The notes below the pieces were generated by a model. The model was given only the letters and a program-made list of their open reading frames with translations, was not told the origin of the DNA and searched no databases. The position numbers and the translations under genes are program-made. A DNA stretch of 64,000 nucleotides from the NCBI RefSeq assembly GCF_000143415.4, contig NW_003314358.1, forward strand, positions 605,109 to 669,108. The letters are read 5' to 3'. This document shows, piece by piece, positions 1 to 12,342 of the stretch (position 1 is the stretch's first letter; every line of letters begins with the position of its first letter). This DNA is from Selaginella moellendorffii. Taxonomy: Eukaryota > Plantae > Lycopodiophyta.

Positions 1-299
1 GGTTCTATATGAAGTAGGAAATCCTTAATAAGATTGATAAAATCCTCTTAACCCCTTTAATGTTGCTTTGAACCTCAATAATTTAATGTCCTTATTTCAC
101 AACATCATCAAAAGATTCTTCTTCCTCATCATGGTCATCATCACTAACGCTATACTTCTCATCAGGATTTATATCCCACTTATCTGCCATCCCCAAAAAC
201 TCCAATACTAATGAAACACAAACCCTAGGCCATTAAATCCCATATGCCATATAATATTCTTAAAATATTCCCACAGTTTGTGTCTTTGCTCTTGAGAGA

Positions 300-950
300 G
301 ACTTTCCAGAGGAGTGGAAGGGAGATCCACACTTGGGTTGTGAGGCTCAATAGAGAGGTACACACTTATGTTGCAAATGCTCTGATTGATATGTAAGCAA
401 TGTGCAGGAGCATGGTGGACGTGAGCATTGTTTTCGAGAGAATGGAGGAACTTAGTGTCATCTGGGATATTAGGACTTGCAGACGCCGGGGATGAGGAGC
501 TAGCTCTGGAGTTCCACTAGCGAATGCAACACGAAGGTTGTCCTCCAGACTCAATCACCTTTGTCGCAGTGCTCAAAGCTTGTCAGAGAAGGAAATCGCC
601 TTGGACAAGTCTGTGAAGCCAGAGGCGCTATGAAGAGGAAGAATCCTTCACGCTCAAGCAACAAGAAACGCTCAAGAAATCCAGCTCTTCATTGCAAATG
701 CGCTCTTGGATTTGTACTCCAGGTGTTTGAAGGTATAGTCTCGCTCTGGTCACCTGGAACTCTGTAGTTCTCGGCTATGCAGAGGGTGGAAATGCGAGAA
801 AGCTCTGGAGCTGTTTGCCAGGATTCGAGAAGATCCAAACTACGTAACCTTTCTCGCAGCACTCAAGGCTTGTGTGTGTTCGGCACAGAGCGAAGCAGGC
901 ACTTTTGTCAACGGGAAAGTGTTGAAGGTGGCGAGCTTGTCGAGAAGGTA
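300..950 (+). pseudogene. Degenerate PLS-class PPR gene fragment
   Basis: Manual translation gives SGREIHTWVVRLNREVHTYVANALIDM*AMC and PNYVTFLAALKACVCSAQSEAGTFVNGKVLKV, the same motif type as the intact PPR at 25196-26962. It contains stops and frameshifts. Boundaries are approximate. Confidence 0.75.
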
Positions 951-2209
951 TTACTGTACGTGCTCCTTCACTTCAAACGGCCTCTTGCCGACAATGTAGA
1001 TTTGCACCTTCGAAGGTAAAGGATTTGTTCACTGAAATACTTACACACAGCAGGAAGACTTGATTATATATCTGGGGTCCACTGATCCTGAGCGGCTATT
1101 ACCATGGTGAGGTTATAATGGCAATATCAACTTTATAGAGGAGAGAGAAGTGATGAATTGTCAGTTTTAATTAGCTAAGGTATTACAATGGTGATCTATA
1201 ACTAGGTGCTGGTAAAGTGTCCATTAGATTATTTTTATTTACAGTATATTTGTTATTCGCATTCACATTCGCTACAGGTGCTGAGGTAAACGTTATATTG
1301 CTTCAGACCCTCCTAAACTCTGCTCTTGAGGCTTAGAATAAGGAAGGGAATATGGATTCTCATGCTGGAGTCTTTCTAATTGGCTTGGCAAAACTTTGAA
1401 ACTTTCAGGTACCAGAGCTATCATGATAAGCATTGTAATGTGTCAAAAGTCTGAGACTGATGATTGGGTCATATGTCATAAGAATTCTTCAAGTGAATTT
1501 TGTTTTGCAGAGATTTATGAAAATTTGTGCAATATTTGTCTTAAAAAATGTAACATGTAGAACTCACTTACTTTTAATTATTTTTATCTTGAACTTTGGT
1601 TACAATTACCTCTTATAGTGATAAGTTGGATATTATTATGTTACTAAAAAACTTTAGTTAAGTTTTGGGATTTGTCTTTCATGAAGGATGCAGTCAGGGA
1701 TGGGAAGAGTTCATAACAATATTGGAAAAATTTTCATGTTTTATCCTAATAACATAGTTAATAAAGTATATTATTCAAATTTATTTACAAAAACATTTTA
1801 TTTAGCCAAAATATACTAACAAATGACATTGTCACAACCAAGGCTTATAATATCAAATGTATTTTTTATTATCATAGAAAATTTTAGAGATTTTTGTTTA
1901 ATTAAGAAATATGATTTACTACATAGTTTATATTGTATTACATTCTGATGTAGATAAAAGCACTCGTTGAAATTTCAAATTGCTTCACTATGGCAAGAAA
2001 TATGTGTCTTTACTACCAATTAAAATCTATTTTTTAAAAAAAATTATATTATATCACTTTGAACATGAGAATCTTACTAATGTTTATAGGAAGGTGCCAA
2101 TGCTTAGCCAACATGCTAGAAGGTGTGAAACCCAGATGGGGATCTGAGAATTATAATTTCTTCAATTCACAAAGGCCAAAACAGTTCCAGGGAATTTGTG
2201 ACCTTGCCT

Positions 2210-2389
2210 TTAGTGATGTTTGCCACTGCTGCCGCTGTGTGGAAGCTTGACTCTGTGATCTTGTGACTGGGGCTCTTCGTGGTGATGCCCGTGCCGAAAC
2301 GCTGCTGCAGTGACAGCATTATGATCCAGGCAAGCTAATGCGAGCACGAAAAGGACAAAGAGGTGCCGAAGCAAACTCGCAAGTGCCAT
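2210..2389 (-). CDS. Small secreted peptide precursor (59 aa) with an IDA/CLE-like C-terminal 12-mer
   Basis: MALASLLRHLFVLFVLALACLDHNAVTAAAFRHGHHHEEPQSQDHRVKLPHSGSSGKHH*. Hydrophobic signal peptide; TATATAA about 35 nt upstream (about 2424-2431); C-terminus KLPHSGSSGKHH. Confidence 0.65.
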   Translation of the reverse strand: MALASLLRHLFVLFVLALACLDHNAVTAAAFRHGHHHEEPQSQDHRVKLPHSGSSGKHH

Positions 2390-2800
2390 TCTTGAACTGC
2401 GAATTGCTGAGCCTAGGTTGTGGATTATATAGAGAAACATCGTCTATAGTCACATAAGAAACGTCAAAAGAGGGGTGCTCATGTTATCAACAAACATGCC
2501 CCAGAACTTTTGACATTCATCCATGGACGAATTTTTTTTTATAAAAAACCAAGACAATCACTAGCTTGTTTGCATGCAATAGTGGATAAACACAATGCGT
2601 GGAGTGTTTTGATACCTTGTGTGCAAAGCTGGGGAGCAAAACACACTGTGGGAGATTATATTCCATGGAGAAACGTCAAAAGGCAGAGTGGGGTTCTCTT
2701 AAGTAGATTCTCACAAAAGCAGCACTCTTTTGTTGACAAAAACTTCCAGCATTAAATAATAAAAATTATATTGAACATTATTTAAAAATATCTAGATGAC

Positions 2801-3045
2801 TCAAGCGTGCTTCTCATCAGCCTTAACGACAGCATGGCACCGTAACCACCATGCCCACCTCCTTGGGTCTCAATCGATTCAATACTACCAGTGTGGCTGT
2901 GGCCACCGTGGTGCAATCATGGCCTGATCCACCATACGCCTGTGGGGTCTAGCGATTCATTCTCTTTCTCTGGAACAACTCTAGCAGAGAATGCGAGCTG
3001 GGAGGCACAAAGCAATGCTGCAAGAACTAGAGAGATGCTCTTCAT
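2801..3045 (-). pseudogene. Internally deleted, frameshifted paralogue of the adjacent glycine-rich protein gene
   Basis: The signal peptide MKSISLVLAALLCASQLAFSARVVPEKENESLDP nearly matches 4122-4020, and the tail (ESIETQG...DEKHA*) is retained. The Gly repeats are lost and there is a frameshift and a TGA. Confidence 0.8.
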
Positions 3046-3423
3046 TGTATCCTTCTTTCTAGTTTGGCTATTAGCCTGAAAGAGCTTGGGATATCGAGCA
3101 TTAACAATGTCAAACATCAAGATTTCATAACTCTTAGTGGAGGGAGAATCGTTTGAAAATGCGGAGGGGCCGAATTATGGCATCCCAAGATCACGTCTTT
3201 GTTTCTTATTGGTGCTAAAATCTCAACTTTAAAATACACAGTCTTTCGTCCTGTTCTTGGAATCCATAGGAATGATGTCTAGGAAGCCCTTTTTTGCAAG
3301 CTCTGGGACTCTACAGAAGATGCACAAAAGAAAATTTAATCAGCTAATTTATAGTTGTCAATGGCCATATATTAACTTTAGAGAGCATTTATCATTATAT
3401 GTTTTTTTCAATAGAAGGTCGAT

Positions 3424-4122
3424 TTAAGCATGCTTTTCATCGACCTTAGCTTCAGTAGCAGCGTGGCCACCGTGACCGCCACCGCCACCACGACCGTGAC
3501 CTTGAGTCTCAATCGACTCAGTGGTAGCGCTATGGCCGTGACCGCCACCATACCCACCGCCATATCCACCTTTACCACCGTATCCATATCCCTCCGGCTC
3601 AACCGAGTCAGCATATCCGTGACCACCGCCATATCCACCATGACCATACCCACCATGGTAGCCTCCGCCATAGCCACCGTTGCCATAGCCACCGCCATAA
3701 CCACCGTTGCCATAGCCACCGCCATAACCACCGTGTCCATATCCATATCCTTCCGGCTCAACTGCTGCGTGGCCACGACCACCGCCGTAGCCACCACCAC
3801 GACCACCGCCGTAGCCACCACCATGACCACCACCATAGCCTTCCGGCTCAACTGCTGCGTGGCCACGACCACCGCCGTAGCCACCACCACGACCACCGCC
3901 GTAGCCACCACCATGACCACCACCATAGCCGCCACGAGATCCTTCCAGCTCCGCCGAGTGACCACGCCCACCACCGTAGCCACCGCGACCACCGTATCCT
4001 TCCAGCTCGGCCCCCTGTGGGTCTAGCGATTCATTCTCCTCCTTCTCTGGGACAACTCTAGCAGAGAATGCGAGCTGGGAGGCACAAAGCAATGCAGCGA
4101 GAACTAGAGCGACGCTCTTCAT
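3424..4122 (-). CDS. Secreted glycine-rich protein (GRP), multi-unit Gly/Tyr/His repeats
   Basis: 232-aa ORF with a signal peptide and GGGY/GGGH repeats separated by acidic linkers (ELEG, VEPEG, IETQG). TATA box at about 4173-4180. Confidence 0.9.
   Translation of the reverse strand: MKSVALVLAALLCASQLAFSARVVPEKEENESLDPQGAELEGYGGRGGYGGGRGHSAELEGSRGGYGGGHGGGYGGGRGGGYGGGRGHAAVEPEGYGGGHGGGYGGGRGGGYGGGRGHAAVEPEGYGYGHGGYGGGYGNGGYGGGYGNGGYGGGYHGGYGHGGYGGGHGYADSVEPEGYGYGGKGGYGGGYGGGHGHSATTESIETQGHGRGGGGGHGGHAATEAKVDEKHA
3751..3930. repeat. Perfect 2 x 90-bp tandem duplication inside the GRP gene
   Basis: 3751-3840 is identical to 3841-3930 and encodes two identical 30-aa units. Confidence 0.95.
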
Positions 4123-4495
4123 TGTTGCTACTCAAAGCTTGTTTTGTGTGAGACTGGTGTCGAGGGCTGGGGTTTATATAGAGTCTCAGGGATTGACACT
4201 TCAGCGTTAAATTTTCAGTGGAGGGAGAATCATTCGAAAATGGCGGGACCGGGGGGGGAATATGCCATATCAAAATACAACAAGATCACGGCATTGGGAA
4301 AACAACGATTTCAAAGTCTTTATGATTATCAAACTATAAGAACCCTTATAATTGTTTTTAGAACCATCGGTGGCCATTGCAAATCGCTCCCTTGCTTATG
4401 GCACCTTGGTTCTTTATGCAAAAGACCAACCCTTTTTTATCAGTCTTTGTTTCGTTTGTTTTTTTTTTTTTTCCTTCTTCTTTCTCGTTGTTCTT

Positions 4496-7640
<3,145 letters not shown>

Positions 7641-8119
7641 GGCCGCTGCTGCTGCAATTCAAACCCTAGAAACCCTCACAGCGCCCGCGCACCTGCGATT
7701 CCCCAGCGAAATGGATCAAAATCGAGCGCGCTCTCTCGCGAATCGGCGCGCCGCGTACCTGGAGATCCCAGATCCAGCGCCAAGACCAACGGCATCGCAT
7801 CCAGGCGCTCGCAAACCCTCACCCGCGCGTTCTAGGGTTCCATGCCGTTGCCCCTTCGCTTTCTGGCTTGCTCCAGGAAGGAGCTGGGGGCCGTACGCGA
7901 AAATGCGCAAATCCAATATGGGCCTGTACGGAGCTGCTGACTATTGTTGACTGGAAAGAGCTTTTTGGAAAAAATTTTAGTCGCGAGGCAGGTAAGAAAA
8001 AAATGAGCGCCAAAATGTTTTAACCCAATATTTTTGAGTTGCGAAAGAAGAGTTTCCATCGTTTCTTTCTTCCAAGAAACGCTCCACAGTCTCCAAGAAT
8101 CCATCTTTCTCTCCAGGCG

Positions 8120-8998
8120 ATGGCTCGATTCGCGGCGCCCACACCATCGCCATCGCCATCGCACAAGAAATCATCAAGATCGTGCGCTGCCGCCGAGAAT
8201 TCTCCAGCGGCGGGAAAATCTTCGCCCAGGAGGCGAGGGGGAAGAATGCCGCTCGAGCTCTTGGATCCCCAGGGCGGCGATCGGTTTGTTAGCGGCCCGG
8301 ATTTCGATTTCGAGGGCCGTTTTGCCGCCGCGAAGACGAGGGAATCTTTCCACTCGCGGCGCATGTCCTTGGCGCCGCAGCAGCAGGAGAAAGATCCATC
8401 GATCGAGCGGCGCCGGCAGAGAAGGATGTCTCTCCAGGCCGGATCGATCCACAGGCTTGACAAGAACGGCGCAAAGAAGGCGTCCAAGATCCATCCCAGC
8501 GGCGCCAACGCCAAGAACAAGGGTTCCTCGCCTCCTCCAGTCCTCGTCGAGAAGCTCTACATCGAGAAATCCGCCAGCGTTCTCTGGAGGGATGGCTTGC
8601 TCCAGCAGTGGGATAATCTCCTCGACAACACCTCTGGAGGATTCAAGAGCATCACCGTCGCCTACGAGGAGCACCGGAAGAGCCTGGAGCCAGATCCAAA
8701 GCAAGGCGACGATCAAGCACAGATTTCCTCGCCGTGTTCTTGCGAGGGCGAGACCTCCAGCAGCAAGGACATCCACATGGTGGAAATCTCGTCCGAGGAG
8801 TCCGATGTGCCGCGCATGGACGAGATTTCTCCATTTCCAGAGAAAGAGCTCGATCAAGAACTCAAGAACAAGGGCGAGGAGCGCACCGGATGGACGAGCT
8901 ATGGATTCACGGCGGCGGCAGCGCTCGTAGCGGCCGGCATTGCGATCTTGGGATGCGTCATCCATGGCAAGGTTCGTGCTTGTGTTTCCTCTAGCTAG
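8120..8998 (+). CDS. Uncharacterised protein with a C-terminal transmembrane segment (tail-anchored candidate)
   Basis: ORF of about 292 aa from ATG 8120, Ser/Arg-rich, ending YGFTAAAALVAAGIAILGCVIHGK. A 59-nt intron at 8972-9030 may change the C-terminus. Confidence 0.65.
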   Translation: MARFAAPTPSPSPSHKKSSRSCAAAENSPAAGKSSPRRRGGRMPLELLDPQGGDRFVSGPDFDFEGRFAAAKTRESFHSRRMSLAPQQQEKDPSIERRRQRRMSLQAGSIHRLDKNGAKKASKIHPSGANAKNKGSSPPPVLVEKLYIEKSASVLWRDGLLQQWDNLLDNTSGGFKSITVAYEEHRKSLEPDPKQGDDQAQISSPCSCEGETSSSKDIHMVEISSEESDVPRMDEISPFPEKELDQELKNKGEERTGWTSYGFTAAAALVAAGIAILGCVIHGKVRACVSSS

Positions 8999-10812
8999 GC
9001 GGCAGTGCTTTCTCTCGATCTCCTCGCTAGGTTTCTACCAATCCCACTGTGAAATATCCTTCCCGGATCTCTTGCCGTGCTTGCCAGCAGCACATAGACA
9101 GCGCCATTCTTTGGATCAAGCTCAAGAACACGCCGCGCGGCGTAAGAGCTAGCTTTCAGATCGTCGTGATCGCGGCAAGCTCCAAGAACACACACCCAAT
9201 TCACCGCTTGCGCCTCGAATGGCATCGTTTCCGCGAGCTCCCTCGCGGATTCCAGGCGCCCGGCGCGCCCGAGAGCATCGATCATGCATGAGAAGTGCTG
9301 GTGCGTCGGCGATCGATCGAAATCTAAGCTCATCGACACGAACAGGCACCGCGCGTCATACAGTCGGCTCCCAAGAATCGCCGGGACGAAGGAGATCTCG
9401 TCGGGGAAATCGACGGTCTTCATCGAATGGAAGAGCTGGAGGGCCTCATCGAGCCGTCCGTTTTGGCAGTAGCCAGCCAATAGCACATTCCACGACATGG
9501 TATCGCGCTCGGGGGAGGTATCCAAAAGATTCTTAGCATCAACAAGATGCCCGGCTTGGGCATATGCCACAATCATCGCATTCCAGGACACAAGATTCCG
9601 GCATTGCATCTTATGGAATATCCACTTGGCTACATCGAGATGCCCGGCTCGAGCATATTCTCCCAGCAATGCTGTCCACAACACAACGTCTAGGAGGTTT
9701 GGGTTTTGGAGAATGTTCTCCATCGCTGCATGGAGATTCCCACTGTGGGAATATACTGGGAGCATTGCAGTCCATGAGATGGAATCGTGCTCCGGCATGC
9801 TGTGAAAGATTCTCTCGGATTCTTCAAAGAGGTAGCTGTTTGTATAGGCGGCCAGCAAGCAAGAGTAGGAGACTCTGTCTTTACAGGGAATCTTTTGGAA
9901 AAGATCGGTAACATTTTTTACAAGACCAGATTGAGCATATGCTGCAAAGAGTGAATTCCAGCAGACGAGATCCCAACAGGGCATCTCAAGGAGGAGATTC
10001 TTGGCCTCATCAAGATGCCCAGACTGGGAATAGGCCTTTATCATTAAAGTCACCGAGAGAATATCCCTGGCAGGCATCTTTTCAAACAACTCCCGGGCTT
10101 TGCTGAGCTTCTTCGCTCGTATGTATGATTCGAAAAGAGTTGTCCACGATACCAAGCTCCATTCGGGCATTTGGAAGAAGATTCTCTCGGCATTAGAGAG
10201 ATCCCCAGTTCCGGCATATACTGATAGCATCAAGTTCCAAGTGATGATGTTTCTCTCGGGCATTTGAAATACGAGAATTTGAGCTTCGCTAACAAGATCT
10301 AAAATGCAGTAGCACGTAAGAAACGCATTCCAAGTTACTAGATTATGCTCGGGCATCGATAGAAAGATATGCCTTGACTCCTCTAGATGCCCTTCTTGGG
10401 CATATGCAGTAAGCATGGATGTCCAAAGAACCAGATCTCTTTGCGGGATTTCGTCCAGAACTCGCTTAGCGTGTGCGAGAGAGCCACTCTTCACGTATGC
10501 GACGAGCATAGTCGTCCACAGTATGAGATTCTTCCCTTGGATTTGATCAAAGAGCTTCTGGGCGCTGTTGATCTCGCCGCTCTTGCAGTACCCGGAGAGA
10601 AGGTGGTAGTAGGAAAAAGAGGATGGGTTTTCCATGGAGTCGAGAACCTCCCTCGCGCGCTCGAGGCTCCCCAGCCTCGCGTACATCTCGATGAGCTTGT
10701 CGTGGAGGAATGCATCGTGTCCGAGCAGCGGTTTGATGCGCTGGTGGATTCGCAGCGCGGTGGCGATGGTGGAGCAGTCCTGGATTTGCTGGATGCAAAA
10801 GCTTCTCTCCAT
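8995..10812 (-). CDS. PLS-class PPR protein (SS-repeat array, E domain)
   Basis: Intronless; tandem repeats of about 31 aa (MPE.NLVSWN.ML.AYAQ.G); E-domain signature HFSCMIDALGRAG...YVLLAS. Confidence 0.92.
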   Translation of the reverse strand: MERSFCIQQIQDCSTIATALRIHQRIKPLLGHDAFLHDKLIEMYARLGSLERAREVLDSMENPSSFSYYHLLSGYCKSGEINSAQKLFDQIQGKNLILWTTMLVAYVKSGSLAHAKRVLDEIPQRDLVLWTSMLTAYAQEGHLEESRHIFLSMPEHNLVTWNAFLTCYCILDLVSEAQILVFQMPERNIITWNLMLSVYAGTGDLSNAERIFFQMPEWSLVSWTTLFESYIRAKKLSKARELFEKMPARDILSVTLMIKAYSQSGHLDEAKNLLLEMPCWDLVCWNSLFAAYAQSGLVKNVTDLFQKIPCKDRVSYSCLLAAYTNSYLFEESERIFHSMPEHDSISWTAMLPVYSHSGNLHAAMENILQNPNLLDVVLWTALLGEYARAGHLDVAKWIFHKMQCRNLVSWNAMIVAYAQAGHLVDAKNLLDTSPERDTMSWNVLLAGYCQNGRLDEALQLFHSMKTVDFPDEISFVPAILGSRLYDARCLFVSMSLDFDRSPTHQHFSCMIDALGRAGRLESARELAETMPFEAQAVNWVCVLGACRDHDDLKASSYAARRVLELDPKNGAVYVLLASTARDPGRIFHSGIGRNLARRSRESTAA

Positions 10813-11351
10813 TGAAGACCTTTGGTAGCATTTGCGTAAAAGAGAAGAGAGAATCTTTTGAAACGTATTGTGCGCGAAACTTAGTCGCCCAAAACAGTAA
10901 AAAAGAAAAATGCCACCTTGGTTTCTGGATCGCGCAACCAACCAGATCAAGATAAGACGCCGCGCGAACACCGCCCAGGGTCTCTCGCGAATTAAATTCG
11001 CTGCGCTGCAATCACCTATCCATGCCTTTAAATGTATGCACAGATTTCCTGGGTTCTGGGAGCGCGGCGGTCTCGCTTCCATCGAGGAGAAATGGGAGCA
11101 CCGAACGAATCCCCGAAAGGCCAAGCCAAGCCAAGAAAAAAAAAAGAGAGAAAGAAACGAGGAGAGAGGAGAGGAGAGGAGAGGATCAAATCGTGCTCGT
11201 TGCAATGGAGCTTTCATGTATAGAGCTTTGACAATAGAGTTACAGACAACACCAAAGACATGGAGGAATCAAACTGTACAAAGGGGAAGAACAGTAGCCA
11301 CCGCCGCTGGGCTTTGGAGGCTGTGTTTCTTCGCGGATCGATCTTTCGCCA

Positions 11352-11806
11352 TCAGGGATTGAAATCGTAGATGTAGTCGACGTGGTCCTGCTGCTGATGA
11401 TCCGGATGATCGCGCGGCGACGCGGTGAGCTTCTACGGAAGAAATCAAGCGTTAAAAACAAGTATCTCACTCCACCCCAAGTGAATCTCACCTCAGTTTT
11501 TCCACCGGCCACAGCACTCGCGGACGCTACCGCGTTGACACTCTTGTCATTCGCCACTGAAACAAAACAAAGAGATCTCTACATGAGCGATTTGCAAGAC
11601 AAAGTAGCCATGAAGCAACGAGCGTTCATGCAAAGCCATGCACTTCTTTCTCCATAGCTAAAAACTCATCTCAAAGCTTACACACACGAAGAAACAGATA
11701 GTGTATGGAGTTAGAGCTAGAGCTTGCCTGTGGAGTCCTTGACAGGCCTGGCAGCCATAGCAGCGGCCACTAACAGCACAAAGAAGAAGAAAACGAGGCG
11801 AGACAT
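11352..11806 (-). CDS. Secreted phytosulfokine-like precursor A (74 aa, 3 exons, ends HVDYIYDFNP*)
   Basis: Exons 11806-11728, 11556-11492 and 11432-11352 splice in frame (first intron GC-AG, second 59-nt GT-AG). Signal peptide MSRLVFFFFVLLVAAAMAARP. Paralogue at 50961-51579. Confidence 0.8.
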
Positions 11807-11992
11807 GATACAATCGATCAAAAGCTTGCGAAATCTTTGCAGAGACTCGGAGAAACTCTTTGGAGCTGCGCTAGAGATCTAGAGCAATGAAACAAGTTTG
11901 CCGAGAAAGAAAAAGAGCTTCCAAAGACTAGCTTTCGAGCGAGCAAAGAGGAGAAAAGAGAGATGGAGGACGAAAGACGACGGCGGCGGCGG

Positions 11993-12079
11993 TGTATATA
12001 TACGGCTCCAACAAAGAGACACGGCGTGGACGGATAGGATGCGATCAAGGAAGACAAGGCCTGCAAGCGCGACACGTGG
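11993..12079 (-). promoter_or_regulatory. TATA box and G-box upstream of precursor A
   Basis: TATATATA at about 11995-12002 and CACGTG at 12073-12078, upstream of a CT-rich 5' leader. Confidence 0.45.
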
Positions 12080-12342
12080 ACGGCATTGACCAGACAGAAT
12101 GCTGACTAGGAAGAAGCCACAAATCCAAACTAGATAAAATAGAAACCATGGAAGAACTCTCTCCATTAATTTTGCGGTGTTTCCAAAGAGAGAGCATGTC
12201 CCCCAAAATCTTTTATTTCATTTCATCCAATCTTGGAAGTTCCAACTATAGAGACTGTGATCCTCTCAAGAATGCTTGATATACACAGTGAGTTCTCCCA
12301 GAGATATCCAATCTATAAACTATCTCTACGCAAAGATTTACG

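Noticed and set aside
3408-4026. Long alternative-frame and antisense ORFs (194 and 198 aa) over the GRP gene
   Set aside because: Shadows of the GGN-rich repeats, which lack stops in other frames.
8020-8965. Several overlapping long ORFs in other frames
   Set aside because: GC-rich shadow frames of the 8120-8998 ORF.
10813-11217. 135-aa N-terminal extension of the PPR ORF
   Set aside because: Low-complexity UTR-like sequence; similarity to the other PPR starts at Met 10812.
11240-11557. 105-aa ORF as listed in the track
   Set aside because: It is exon 2 of precursor A read through its intron; the spliced model fits the paralogue better.
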